From NCBI RefSeq assembly GCF_009914755.1, contig NC_060932.1: DNA of 64,000 nt. One strand, written 5' to 3'. This document shows, piece by piece, positions 1 to 15,183 of the stretch (position 1 is its first letter; every line of letters begins with the position of its first letter). Both the position numbers and the translations under genes were made by a program. This stretch comes from the human T2T-CHM13v2.0 reference genome, Homo sapiens. The notes under the pieces were generated by a model that did not search any database, was not told the DNA's origin, and saw only the letters and a program-made list of their open reading frames with translations.

Positions 1-29
1 ACAGGATTTCACTGTGTTGGCCAGGCCAT

Positions 30-1130
30 TATAGTAGTTCTTAATTCCACAGGCCAAGGAACTAATGTAGGGGTTATTCTGAATACCAAGTATGTCTATA
101 TGGAGACTGCTATAAATACCACTAAATGGAATCTGTGGAATTATTGAGCCTACCATGGGCCAGACTTGGGCCAGGACTCAATTTATTACTTATTTTCTAT
201 ATAACCCCAATTTAAAAGTGGGGTTATGATGATACTGGGATTTTCAGTGTCACTGTCAACTAGGTACATTGTGTCCAATAGTTCTTAAAATGTGTGGGTT
301 ATTTCCTTTCCTGTGTTTACTGTTACCTGAGAAAACAGCTGAATTCACTTTCCATGATGTTAGAGTTCTTCCTCCTGGCAACTCATCCTTTCTTTCAGTC
401 ACAGGATTCCATGTCTGAAAACTGGTTTAGATCCAGAAACTATGCAAGGAGTTTTGTCTTGTTATTGGGGTGGTTTCCCTTAGCCTCCTGATTATCCATA
501 ATTTTTGTTTTGATTATATAGATTGGGCATATCTTCATTAGTTGCGCATCTGTCTTGCCCCCAGGGACGCTGTGCTCAATGATCTTCTCCTTAGCAATGT
601 GTATCCATACTCTGTGGCTACCACTCCTACCTTGACACTCATTATAATAATGGCATACTCACTATGTATTTGATTGCTAATAGCTGTCACCTGGCCTCTA
701 TTTCAGGCTCCTCTTTATCTGATTGTTTTTGGGGAGCCCAGATAAGTAACAACATCTCTTACTGTCAGCCCTATCAGTAAGAGGAAAGCCAACACTGGTA
801 TTCTCAATGATGCTGGTGTCTGCCTCAGCAGTGTGTTTCTTATTTCTTTAGCAAATGGAGGGGCATCTGAATCCTCAGATTCAGAGGGTTCAGGGGATCT
901 AGTTTTAGGAATTTCAAGTACATGCAGCTAAGATGTCCCCATTCCATGCCTCAGGTTTCCCTACTTTCAGGAATCTGCCCTTAGTGTGGCAAACTTGCTG
1001 ACATTGAGAATTTTACTTTCTTTAGAGCATTGTTACCTTTATAATTAACACTTGGGCTTGATACTTAGCTGTTTATGCCCACTAGTTGCAGGAAATGAGA
1101 CTATATGCTTCCAAAGAAATCTATATACAT
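30..1130 (-). mobile_element. Degenerate ERVL-class internal fragment (gag/protease-like region)
   Basis: Minus strand near 240-290 gives an LLDT-like aspartyl-protease remnant; resembles old ERVL-int sequence; boundaries approximate. Confidence 0.4.
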
Positions 1131-1499
1131 ATTTAAATTATATATTTTACTTGTCTATCTTTCTAGAATGTGAATTTCTTAAGCTCCTATTTGTACCTGT
1201 GGAACCTAGAACAGTTTCAAATTGTGTAATTATTAAGATGAATTCTAATATATGCCATATATACAATCATTTCATCAATTACATGTTTTTAAAGAAGAAT
1301 ATGTTGGTAATACCAAAAGAGCAAGATTTTAAAAAATAAGCTAATTATGGATAATGTTTATCATCCTATTTCAAATTCTACTGTACTTTAGCCAGCCATG
1401 CTTTTGTATTGGAGCTTAAGACTTGGTCTAAGCACATGGGGCCTCTAGATCTACTGACATTTTGGTTTGGTTCCTATTCTAAAATCTGCTGCTTTCAGA

Positions 1500-2070
1500 G
1501 CTGGCAGTGAATTAAGAGCAAATTGCCAGACACTTAGCAGCTTAAAACAACAACACATGTTTATTATCTCACAGTTTCTGTTGGTTAGGAGTCTTAGCAT
1601 GGCTAAGCTAGGTTTCCTACAGTTACAATCAAGTTGTCATCTGTGCTGCATTTCTATCTGGACACTTGATGCAGGGAAGAATCTGATTCCAAGTTTAATA
1701 AGATTGTTGGCAGAATTTATTTCCTTTTGACAAGAAGCTGCCATCAGCTCCCCCACATCTCCTAAAGGCTGTTAGTAGTTCCTAGAAGGTATCCACAGTT
1801 CCTAAAGGCTGCCTGCATTTCCTTTGTAACATGTGCTTTACATCATGGCTGCTTACTTCGTTAAGCCAGCAAAGAGAGTATCTAAAACAAGCTGACTAGC
1901 AAGGCAAAGTCTTATGAAACTTAACAGTGTCATGGGAGTAAGATCCCATCACCTTGCCATCCCCCTACCTTGTTTATGAGCAAGTCACAGGTCATATGAC
2001 TTGTGACTCATATACAAAGCCATGAATACCATGAGGTGGGGATTATGGGCTACAATCAGTCCTCTGCACA
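1500..2070. mobile_element. MLT1-family MaLR solo LTR
   Basis: Typical MLT1 motifs: cttagcagcttaaaacaa...tttattatctcacagtttctg, gaagaatctg...ttgttggcagaatt, catgaatacc..gaggtgggga. Confidence 0.7.
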
Positions 2071-3424
2071 GTGTCCAACAGTTTTCTCTGAAGCAACTCC
2101 ATGGAACATAGTTTGCAAACCATTGCCTTACATAATATACCCTATATATGACCTTTTTTAGTTGGACTTTGTGTTTAATAGTTTACTAGAACATTTTCTT
2201 TGGAATGGGAAAGACTTAAGACTTATTATCAGTTTTAGTGACTATCTTATGAGAGGAAGTGACCCTCCAGGAAGGCTTCAGCAATATGTCTCAAAATATA
2301 GTTCCTGGGACACTTGTCCTCTGAGAAATCTTCTGTGTTTCAATTAAGTTTGTGGAAACAATATATTATATAATCCTCTTAGTGAAGCATATTGTCGTTA
2401 TTATTTGAAAAAAGTCCTACACTCAAGAAACCTATTTAATTGTACTTAAATTAGAGTTTTCCAAAGTTATTTGATTAGAGAACTTTTAAATTACTCAGTG
2501 CCCTTTAACATTTTGCAGAACCAGTATTCCATGCAATACACATTGGGAAATGCCACATGTATAACTTGACAAGTTGAAAAGGAGGACAGAATACCAAGAA
2601 GAGAAATAAAAAACATAAAAGAGTCATAGTTAAATGTTCCCTACCTAATTAGAATGAAAGTTAATATTTTTTTAAAAAATGATGATGAGATCATGAACTT
2701 GGTATGACTACACTTTGCAAAGAGCTTTCATGACTATCTTATTTAAAACTCTCAGCAATCTGTTAGATATCACAACTAATTTTTTTCAAAACCGATGAGA
2801 AAATGAGGCCCATGACTTGTACAAGTCATAAAATTGATAAGGGGTGAAGTCAGTATATTAGTATAGCTTTTCTAGCTTCAACTATAAAACTCTTTCTGTT
2901 ACAACATGTTATTACTTTATAAACATGATGAAGTTGAAAATGAGGTTGTTGAAGAATGCCTTTATGTACTATGTGATTTAATTTTTAAGTATTTATTAAC
3001 CCAAAGTAATGAAAAACAATGATATAAAATAGTTAATGAACTATTGTCTTAATGTAATGACTGTATGACAAAATGTTGTAAATAGAATATATGAACATTT
3101 TTTCTCTGTGTATAGAACACACATACACACATAATTAGGTTTGTTTGTATTTTACAATAGAAGTAAGTGAAGGGGAAATTTTAGTCAAAGGTTCAAATTT
3201 TTAGATTATTTTTTGTCAGGTCCTCATATTTAAGTATGTTTAACTTGTGTTAATAGAATAACTGAATACCAGAGTTAGACAGGATTTAGTGTGCTTCTTG
3301 TGTAACTTCCTATCTGAAGCATTGACCCTTCTCTACATCGTGCTGACAAGTGATACTCTAGCCTTTTCTTTGAACACCTGTTGTGATGGGGTGGTGACAG
3401 TCTATGAAGGCAGCAAGACATTTA

Positions 3425-5560
3425 GATTTTTACTTTGAAGTATTTATAGATTTGTAGGAAGTTGGAAAGATAGTTCAGTGAGATCCTATATATGCTTCAC
3501 CGAGTTTCCTCAGTGGTTATATCTTGCTTAGCTATAATTAAGAAACTAATACTGGAACAATGTTTTTATAGTTCTAGGACATTTTATCACATATATGGAT
3601 TCATATAACCACCACTTCTATAAAGATGAAGAACTACTATATTACCACAAAGATTGTTCTTACGCTTCCTCTTTCTAATGACATCTTACTCCTTCTCCAC
3701 CATCCCTGATGTCTGCCAACCACTAATTTGTACTTTATGTCTAGATTTTTATCATTTAGAGAATGATATATGAATGAAATCATACAGTATGTGACATTTT
3801 GAGTTTTTTTCCAATTCATATAATGCCCTTGAGGTCTATCCATGTTGTGTGTATAGTTTTTTCCTTTTTATTATAAGTAGCATTCCATGGTATAGATATA
3901 CCACAACTATTAATGGATATTTTGGTTGTTTCCACTTTTTGCCTGTTATAAATGAAGATATCTTCTTTGGTGAAATTTCTGTTTATATAAAGCATTCAGC
4001 CTTTTATCATTAAGTATGATCTTAGCTGTTGGATTTTTATTGTTGTTCTATGTTAGTTTGAGCCAGTTCCCCTCAATTTTTTTTTAGAGTTTTTAAAAAC
4101 CATGAATGCATTTTCTACATCAGCGCTCAATGGATAAGATCATGTAATTATTTTCCTTTAACTTTTTAATATGTGGATCACACTGATTTTCAAATATTCA
4201 ACCAGTCTTGCATTCCAGGAATAAACTTCATTTGGTCATAGTGTATAATTCTTTTTACATGTCACTGGATTCTCTTTGCTAATATTTTGTTAAGGATTTC
4301 TATGTTTATAATCATGAACAATATTGGTCTACAGCTCATTTATAGTTTGTCATTTTCTTTTTTGTTTTCTGTTTGTTCCTTCTATTGTTCATTTTGTTGT
4401 TTTCTTTTCCTTGCCTTCCTACAGGTTATTTGAACTTTTTTTTTAAACATTTTGTGAATTGTGTTTTGATTGAGCTAGAATGTTTAAGTGTATTTCTTTT
4501 TGTAGGTTTTTTTGTGTGGTTGCTTTAGGTAATATATTACATGTACACAACTTATCACCTTGTATTGGTGCTGACGTTTAACTAGACTGGAATGTAGAAA
4601 CCTTAAGTCATTTAAATTCCTTTATTTTCTCCCTTATCTCATAATGGACTTGTCTTAAATATTTTCTTTATATATGTTGAAAACCACATCAGACAATGTA
4701 TGTTCTGCACTTTAAATATCAGAAACATAATTTAGAAAACTCAAGAGGAGAAGAAAACCCATATTTTTGTTTAGTATCTTTATTTCTTCTTGATACTTTC
4801 AGATTCCTTCTTTTTTTGTTTCTCTTTTGTTTCAAGAACTTCCTTTAGTTATTTTTTTAGGATAGATCTGCTGGTGACAGATTGTCTTTGTTTTCTTTTG
4901 CCTGAGAATGTATTTCTCATTCATTTCTGAGAGATAATTTCATCATATTTAGAATTCAGGTTGACATTTCTCTTATTTTAGCAATTGAAAAATATTGTGC
5001 CACTTCCTTTTGGCCTCTGTTTCTGATGAGGGGTTGGCTATCATTTGAATTGTTTTTCCCCTTTAGGTAAGGTGTTGCTTTTTTCTTGGAGCTTTTAAGA
5101 TATTTCGTTTTTAGTTTTAGTTTGATTATGGTGTATCTTGTAACAGATATCTTTGGGTATTGTTTGTATAGGGTTTTACATAGTTTTTCAATCTGTAGGC
5201 TTATATCTTTGGCCAAATTTGGGAAATTTTCAGTCTTTATTTCTTTGAATACTTTTTTTTTTTTAGCCCATTCACTTTCTTTTCTCCTGGACTTACAATG
5301 ATATGAGTGTTAGACTTTTTGCTATAGTTTCTTAGGCCCTTGAGGCTCCGTTCATTTTCTTTTCTTTTTTTTTTTTTTCTGTAGTCTGTTTTCTGTCTGT
5401 TTTTCAGATTGGGTCATTTTTATTGTTCCATCTTCAAGTTCATTGAGTCATTCCTCTGTCCTCTCCATTCTGTGGTTGAGCCCATCAATTTGCTTTTTGT
5501 ATTTCAGTAATTTTTTAGTTCTAAAATTTCCATTTGGTTCTTTATGTGCTTTCTAGTTCT
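3425..5560 (-). mobile_element. Old L1M (L1MC/MB-like) fragments
   Basis: Antisense L1M 3'UTR motifs (gaaatcatacagtatgtgac, cattccatggtatagatataccaca) and decayed ORF1-like minus ORF 4956-5216. Confidence 0.7.
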
Positions 5561-5811
5561 TGTTCTAGAACTGGAAAGCCCAATAATACATTTTTGTACT
5601 GTTACTAAAGAAAGATATTTTATTATCTTAGTTCTGTACTATTAAGCTGCAAAAAATAAGAATATCCAGTGGAAACTATTATTAGGTCTATAATAATAGT
5701 CTTAATAGTTTTTAGGACTATTTTCTATATGAATTACCATTAATTATCTTATTCTTACAGGGACACTAATTTTACTTATTCAACAAGTGTTTAGTTAGTA
5801 CTTATACATGA

Positions 5812-6132
<321 letters not shown>

Positions 6133-6675
6133 CATATATGACAGGTTTTTTTGTCAATCAGATGTTTTTGCTTTAGTTTCAAATGGTTAAACAGCTTATG
6201 TTTTTTTATTTTCAGAGAAAAAGAATTACATTTCTGCCTTTTTGGTAGGTTGCAAGCACAGAGGGAGAAGAGAAATTTTGAGCTGAATTTTCTTACTGTC
6301 ACACAAACCAGTTAAGAATTTTTATTTACAGGCTTCAGGCTTCTACTGTTTTATCTCTAGTGCACAGATTTGTCAATGCTTTGTTATGGGACAATACTGT
6401 ATTTTGAAAGGGCTACAGGTTTTCTGAGACATAGATACACTTAGCTTTTTGGGCAGCCATCCAGGCATGGGCATTAAGTATCCCATGTACTGGTCATCTC
6501 CATATACTCCAGTGTGTTTTACCAATATTGTAATTATTTGTGCCATGAAAAAGCTTGGGAAGCACTTCTCTAGCCCACAGAAAGAATGGGGTTCTTTCTA
6601 CAAATTGCATATTGTGTGTGTTAGGTAATAAAGCCTATTCTCTTTTATAAATTAGTTTCTTAAAAGAATTGCCTC

Positions 6676-6854
6676 CAGTAATTCTGAAACATCTAACCAT
6701 AATCATCTGGAAGGCTTGTTAAAATATAGACTGCTAGGCCCACCAACAGTTTCTGATTCATTAAGTCTAGGGTGGCACCCAAGAATTTACAGTTCTAACA
6801 TGTTCCCAGGTGTTGCTGATGATGCTATTTTGAGGAATGCAATTTGAGAACCAT
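6676..6854. mobile_element. MER5A (hAT-Charlie MITE)
   Basis: gcttgttaaaat..agactgct.ggccc...tctgattca...ctaacatgttcccaggtg...tttgagaacca. Confidence 0.8.
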
Positions 6855-7309
6855 TCATTTACACACAACTTTTTCTACTTTTTTACTTCCCTTGGTTCTT
6901 CAGTTTCTTCAACCTGGTTTTAATTTTCATCATTCTATCCAATTGTTCTTCCTGACATCTTTTCTAATCTTCATGATTGCCAAATCCAATGCATATTTTT
7001 CACCTCCTCATCTTATTTGATAAGTAAAAATCATTCAGTATAGTTGATTTCTTCTTTGTTTTAGGAAACTCTATTTGATTTGTAGACCTCCCTCTGTCTC
7101 CCTCCTTCCTTCCTTTTTTTTCTCTGCATGCTGTTTCTGAATCTTTTCTCTTTTTTGTTTTTTCTCAAATCAAACCCTAAATGTTAGAATTCAGTTTGGA
7201 TTCTCTTCATACCTTATTTTACCCTCTATTTCTAAATGATCTCACATACTCCTGTCTATATGTTAATTATTGCCAATTTATGTCTCCAGATCAAAACTTT
7301 GAATTTTTT

Positions 7310-7929
<620 letters not shown>

Positions 7930-9722
7930 AAAACTTTAAGTTTTATTACACCTTGACCAGATTCCTTCTTATATGTCCACTAGGTTCAAATAATATATCA
8001 AAAATCAACCACCATATTTAATACATTCTCAGATGTACATTTTTATCATTTTATATCCTGAAAGTTATGAATCCTATAGTCAATGGCATCATATATTTTA
8101 TGAAATAGAGTAATTCCCTGTTACCCTTCCCTAACAAGAAGTGCTCTTCCTCCAGTCGTCTCCATCTCATAAATTTTTTCTTCCATTCAGTTATTAATGC
8201 CAGAAACCGGGGAGTTAACCTTGACTCTTTAGTCTTTCTTAACACTGTTATTTCTACTTCAAAAACATCTCTCAATCCCTCTTTTCTTACCATGTCTATT
8301 GCTATTATCTTTATTCAAGCCATAATTACCTTTCCCAAGGGTTATTGTAAATGTCTTTTAACTTTTGGTGTCATACAACCTAGTCTCTATATAGTACTTA
8401 TATTCATCCTTTTTAAAATGTTAATCAGATTATGTCACCATTTCACTTAAAATCCTTCAGTGTTTGAAATTTAAAATCTTTAATATGAAATAGAAAGACC
8501 TACCTAAGTTGTTCTGTGCTGCCTTACCAGTTTCATTTAATACTATATTCTTCTTCATTCTTTTTGGTTCAGAAACCATGGTGTTCCTTCAGTTCTTTTA
8601 TAGCACCATGTCACATCTTTCAGTTCTCATCTTAAACATTACTTGAGGGGTGTTTGCTGACCCCAAAGTCTAAATTAGATCTTATTGTATTCTTTCGTAG
8701 TGTCTTGTATTTTTCTATATGACACTGATGATCTGTTTCTCTATCCCTACTCTGTTGTAAGCATATTTCATTGTTTTACCCTTTCAAGTAGAGCTTAGCA
8801 CAATACATACCAAATGGAAGGTGTTCAGTATTTTTAGAAAAATAAAATTATAAATAGAATTTTAAAAGATATATGTACATATATAGACTAAAAAATTTAA
8901 GATAAAAATATTTTATATTTTGAAATACTGAGCAAATAAGCATGTAAGTTTGGGAAATGGTGGATATACATTCTTAGTTGCCAATTACATAAATTGTCTG
9001 ACAAAATTTTTTGTAATTTACTTATTATAAGAATGTGATTTCTGAAAAATGTGGAAAAATTATTTCAAAATATTAAGTGATTCATGATGTTTAAGTAAAG
9101 TTTATTTTTACTAATAGATATTGAATGAACCTGTTTTATAATTTTCATACAAATTAATCTTTTGTGAAAACAATTTTTTTAACGACACAAATTTCTTAGG
9201 AGGTTTTAGCATGATGAAGAATATCATAATGCATTTCAGAAATGACTTTTAATTATTTGGCTTTTTAAAATACTGGCTATTGCAAACCAATGTAAACTTT
9301 TTAAATGTCCCTTAATCTTTGGAGAACAAACTCATGTCTTTAGACCAGCACAGGAGTAAAAAAAATATATGGCATGAATAACAGTCATAGCTAATAGTCT
9401 TTTTCAGCATATACATTTTTTGTTTCTATTTCTGTTTATTATTTCTGTTTATTATTAGCTTTTTCTCTTTTTGCAGGACTTTTGTAGGGTCTGTCTAGAG
9501 ATATAAACTTTATATTATACTTTCTATAAATTTTACTTTTTGAATATTAGCTTTCTTTTGGCATATATATAGCACTCACTATATATATATATATATAGTG
9601 AGTGCTACAGACAAAGTTCTTGAGACCAGACAGGATCACACAGTTTAAAATGTTTATAATGTCTCTGTCTGTCCCTTTTTTCACCATCTCCTTTACTGCA
9701 CTCTTTTGTCTGACTCTCACAG

Positions 9723-9790
9723 GAGACATGGATTACAACTGGTTGGATCATACGTCTTGGCATAGCAGTGAGGCATCCCCAATGTCTTTG
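9723..9790 (+). CDS. RIMS2: RIMS2 alternative exon A (68 nt; GDMDYNWLDHTSWHSSEASPMSL), phase 1 to 0
   Basis: ctctcacag| acceptor, TTG|gtgaga donor; peptide recalled as RIM2, homologous to RIM1 GDLDYYWLD... Confidence 0.93.
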
Positions 9791-9909
9791 GTGAGACATG
9801 TGGAGCCTTACTATTTAATTTTCGTTATCATTTCACTTTTCCTTTTTTATTTACACCTTTGCATGTTTCTTTTTTGTATCTTTTTTTTTTTTTTATCCCA
9901 TACCTGTAG

Positions 9910-10118
9910 GGGACAGTCAAAAGGGAAAAAGAAAAACTAGTGAGCAGGCAGTTTTGTCGGACTCTAACACCAGGTCTGAGAGACAAAAGGAAATGATGTA
10001 CTTTGGTGGCCACTCTTTGGAAGAGGATTTGGAATGGTCTGAACCTCAGATTAAGGACTCTGGGGTAGATACGTGTAGTAGCACAACCCTTAACGAGGAG
10101 CATAGCCATAGTGATAAG
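9910..10118 (+). CDS. RIMS2: RIMS2 alternative exon B (209 nt; GDSQKGKRKTSEQAVLSDSN...EEHSHSDK), phase 1 to 0
   Basis: Long pyrimidine tract plus cctgtag| acceptor, AAG|gtactg donor; open for 69 codons; recalled RIM2 isoform peptide. Confidence 0.9.
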
Positions 10119-11641
10119 GTACTGAGATTGTGGAGCCTGCCTTTTAACCTGCTCATTTGGTCTTCGTTTGCTCTCTGTCACTCATTAAAACAGAACATAA
10201 TAAAAGGACAGGGCATCTCAAGGGTCACTGTAGCATTTCTTAAGGTGCAGAAAAGAAAAACAAAACCAAACTAAACAAACAACAAACCAAAAAAAACCTC
10301 TTGCTTGCTTTGCTGTTTTTATTGTTTGACGGCATACCAAAAAATAAGTATATGAAAATAAAACTTAGGAACAAAGGAATGTTTTGTCTTTTGTCGCATG
10401 AGAGAACTTTGTAATGTTATTAAAAACCACAAATAATAAATAAGTTTTGGATTGGCTTATTTGATTGTTTGCATATATTTTCCTTGGGATGAAAATTAAA
10501 TTATTAATAGTTTGAATCCCAGGCAAAAGGGAGATAATTGGGTCTGTTTGCACAGAAAAAGTTGTTTTTCTTTTTTCCCTTTCACTGTCATTTTGGTCTT
10601 TTGTTTTATTGTCATAGCATTTTAATGTGGTATTAATTAGTATTAGAGCCCTTGCCATCTGCTTTGATATTTATCATTGTTGCTCTTAGGATAGTGGGAC
10701 TTTTGATATCTTTTTACAATATAGATGTAATTGACTGGAACTTATGTTTTGCCTGCTAAATTTTGCATGAAGATATGCCTGTTACTTTTTGATAACTGTG
10801 AAACTATGATTACACAAATCATTTACTTTCTTTACTTAGAATATCATTCATAACAGAATACTGTCATTATTTACAGAGGCCTTGGTTCAGCCCTGAGAAA
10901 GAAAGAATAATGTTTTCAAGGTTATTTAACAATGAATATCATTGAATTATCTAGTAAAGGTAATTTACTAAATAGATCAAAGACCTGAAAGAATCATGAA
11001 AGAACCTCTGAGAAATGAGAACTGTAATCTATTCTCACCTGTAGATGAAGCCTATTTCTCCCATGCAGATTCAACTGGGAATTTATTGGGGCTTGTGTAC
11101 ACTTTATTATTTTAATCTAGAAACCTATGCAAAAAAGCCCTCATCATAGGCTCAAATGTAATGTTTTAATATGATTTGACTTTTAAATTTTTACTGTAAT
11201 ACAGGCTTTCAAAATCTTCCAAAAGTGTTTGAAGAGGAAATTTTCATTTTTAAATGAATTCACTTGCGTAGAATTTCAATGCATCTTTTCTTCCCGTGAA
11301 TTTTTATTTTTCAGCATGTAGATAATTAGAGTTGCATGCATTTTCAAAATTTCTCAGATTTTGTAGAGCTATATAACTTCAGTATTGTGTTAGAGAACTG
11401 TAAGAATTGGAAGTAATTGGATTTTGAAAAAAACTTTGAGATTATATTGAGGTTATAAGCATAATATAGTACACCCTTATGATCAGTGCTTTGAAATGAA
11501 AGCTGGTTTGTGTAATCATAACACTGAAATTCTGAAGTTTAGAGAGGTCGTACAATCAGAGATCATTTGTCATAAAACGATAAATAAAATCATTTATTTA
11601 TTTTGTATTTATTTATTTTGTTTGTTGATGCAAAATGTCAG

Positions 11642-11761
11642 CACCCTGTAACCTGGCAACCATCTAAAGATGGAGATCGTTTAATTGGTCGCATTTTATT
11701 AAATAAGCGTCTAAAAGATGGAAGTGTACCTCGAGATTCAGGAGCAATGCTTGGCTTGAAG
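11642..11761 (+). CDS. RIMS2: RIMS2 exon, PDZ N-terminus (HPVTWQ...AMLGLK)
   Basis: tcag| ... AAG|gtatgt; 120 nt, phase 0 to 0. Confidence 0.97.
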
Positions 11762-12424
11762 GTATGTAATAAAAAGTATGAGATTTTGGCTCTATACTCT
11801 TACAGATTTACCAGAAAAGCAAAGGATAACTCTTTCAACCTGTACCAATTTAGTAGTGTATTTTTCCATTTTCAATAGTTTGTGAAGATTCGCACTCATT
11901 ATCTAAAACATTTCATTTTCCCACTATTATTTAAGAAGTTGCCATAATTCCACAGTAATACTTGTATATATATAAATTTGGAAGACATTAAAAGTAACCT
12001 AATTAAGATCTACTTGAATCTTAAATACAGTGGTCGAATGTATTTTAATTATACAGTTTATTCTTTAAGTCAAAATCTATGTTTATATTTTATTAAAGTG
12101 ATAGTTTTTTAATAATTACTGAAAATGAAAACTTGGGAAATGTAATATGTATATATATGTATATTGCATATGTGTATATATATAATTTTGTATAAATGCT
12201 GTAAAATGTGTGTGTGCATGTGTATGTGCATATGTGCACTTAAGAGAGAGTACTGTTTGAATTCTAAAAACAAAAATAATTATGCTGGGAGATTAAATAC
12301 AAATATTGATTTATGTTTTACAGTAAAATACCAGAAAATTATTTGGTAAATACATTAAATAGAGCTTTGTTTGTTTTTTGTGCATGTAGTATAACCAATT
12401 AAAACCTGAAATGAATAAAGAATA

Positions 12425-13033
<609 letters not shown>

Positions 13034-13127
13034 AGTAAATGTTTTAGAGCTAAGCCATTCCTATAAAAATTGTCCTGTAGAATATAAGAGATATTAGGAA
13101 ACTTTGGATGTAGGTGGAATTGGGCTG

Positions 13128-13536
13128 TGTATTAGGTCTTTCTTGCATTGCTGTAAAGAAATACCTGACTGGGTAATTTATAAAGAAAAGAGGTTTAATC
13201 AGCTCATAGTTCTGCAGGCTTTAAAGGAAGCATGATGCCAACATCTGCTTGGCTTCTGGGGAGGCCTCAGGAAGCTTACAATTATGGTCAAAGGTGAAGG
13301 GAGAGTACGCATGTCACATGGCAAAAGCAGGAGCAAGAGAGAGTGGGAGTGGGAAGCAAGGTGCCACATAGGTTTAAATGACCAGATCTTGCAAGAACTC
13401 ACTATCACAAAGACAGCACCAAGCCACAAGGGATCTGCCCCATGATCCAAACACCTCTCCTCAGGTTCTACCTCCAGCATTGGGGATTACAATTCAACAT
13501 GAGATTTGCGCAGGGACAAACATCCAAACTATATCA
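13128..13536 (-). mobile_element. MST (MSTA/MSTB-like) MaLR solo LTR
   Basis: Starts tgtattagg...aaagaaatacctga, ends ccaaactatatca; ~410 bp. Confidence 0.9.
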
Positions 13537-13710
13537 GACTACTAACATTTATTGTGTGGCATCCATGTGCTTGCACTCAACCTGAGCATTTTATATCTGT
13601 TATCCTAGAACACTCACAATAGATGAGAAATAGGCCCAGAAAGGTGTTTAACTTACCCATGGTCACAAGATGGTGACAATGGTGGGATTTAAATTCAGAT
13701 TTGACCATTT

Positions 13711-13832
13711 CCAGGGACAGTGAGATGTGCCTATAGTCCCAGCTACTTGGAAGGCTAAGGCAGGAGGATTGCTTGAGCCCAGGGTTTCAAGTCCAGCCTG
13801 AGCAAAATAGTGAGACCCTTTGTCTTAAAAAC
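13711..13832 (+). mobile_element. Alu monomer (FLAM/FAM-like), flanked by MIR fragments
   Basis: tagtcccagctacttgg...ggattgcttgagccc...ccagcctgagcaa. Confidence 0.8.
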
Positions 13833-14428
13833 AATTTTTTTAATCCAGATATGCCTATTATAGTGTTAGAATAAAGGTTAGCAAGTCTTGGCTTCAATTC
13901 CAAATACAGGAGTTACTAGTTACGTGAAACCGGACAAATAAACTTCTCTTAGCTTTAGATTTCTTACCTGTTCGATGAGGATAATTGAATTGTTGTAATA
14001 TGATTAAATAAATCAACATACAAACATTTAGTAAAGTGTCTGGCAAGCTTTAAGATATCAATAATCATTATAGCCAGTATAATTAATTATTATTAATGTT
14101 TGTTAAGCCAAAAAGTTTTTAAATATTTACTTAAGGATATAAGTCAATAAGAGCTATACATATAATTTTCAGAATTAAACATAGGACTAATTAGTTTATT
14201 AACTGAATTGAAGCTATGTGCAAGTCACTGTAATTATGGAAAAAATGCATGGAATAAGATACACCCCGTGATTTTTGAATTCAAATAACTTTCACTCTAT
14301 TTAGAAGAGAAAAACCAATTCATTTCAGTCAGTGAGTTGCTATTATTTGCTTCACTTGCCATCAAATTGAGATATTGACTGAATGGCAGTTGATTAGAAT
14401 CAAAGCATTAATTTTGTAAGGTATACAA

Positions 14429-14473
14429 GTATACATATGACTCCACAGCAGGTATACATATGACTCCACAGCA
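14429..14473. repeat. 22-bp perfect tandem duplication (period 23)
   Basis: gtatacatatgactccacagca at 14429-14450 and 14452-14473. Confidence 0.95.
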
Positions 14474-15083
14474 TTATTCCTAACATTTTTATTCATTTTC
14501 TAAAAGTTATATTTTAATAGAAACATAAAAATGAAAAATTGGGATTCAGATGGTCTGAATTTTATGTTACTTCTGATGCGATTACGTAAATTTTGTAATT
14601 TTTTTCAAGAAAGATCCATCATCATTAAGCACATTATCAGTGTTTCTAAAAGATTATCAATGAAAATTTGGTGGTATATCCTAATTATAGTAAAAGAAAC
14701 AAAAATTTTGTATTAAAGTATTTACATCTATAACTAGAAATGTTTATATAATTAATGATACTGTAAAATGTTTTTGTAAATGACAAAAGCAAGAATTCCT
14801 GAATCAGGACAAAAATTACCAATTGTTATGTTGTTTCTAAGTTATGCAACACTTCAGCAAATTATGGATTAAATGGCAAAACAGTTGGAATATGTGAAAA
14901 AGACCTAGCTCTTAGGGCATGTGCTAACCTAATAGAGACAATAAATTATTTAAGAAATCATTTTCTGTACATTAAATTAGCGTTTTAGGTGTTGCAAATT
15001 GTTCTAGGTATTCTTTTACCTGAATCTTCAACCATGCTCATTTTAACAATATTCCCATGTTAATACTTTCCTCTTTTAAACAG

Positions 15084-15183
15084 GTTGTAGGAGGAAAGAT
15101 GACTGAATCAGGTCGGCTTTGTGCATTTATTACTAAAGTAAAAAAAGGAAGTTTAGCTGATACTGTAGGACATCTTAGACCAG
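15084..15183 (+). CDS. RIMS2: RIMS2 exon, PDZ (VVGGKMTESG...GHLRP)
   Basis: aacag| ... CAG|gtaggg; 100 nt, phase 0 to 1. Confidence 0.97.

Noticed and set aside
9602-10274. ORF-track entries 9602-9940, 9828-10181 and 9954-10274 as standalone genes
   Set aside because: Read-through of RIMS2 exons into intron, or antisense shadows
11300-11340. Cryptic exon at tttttcag| (11314)
   Set aside because: Stop codons follow within a few codons in two frames, and no convincing donor is nearby
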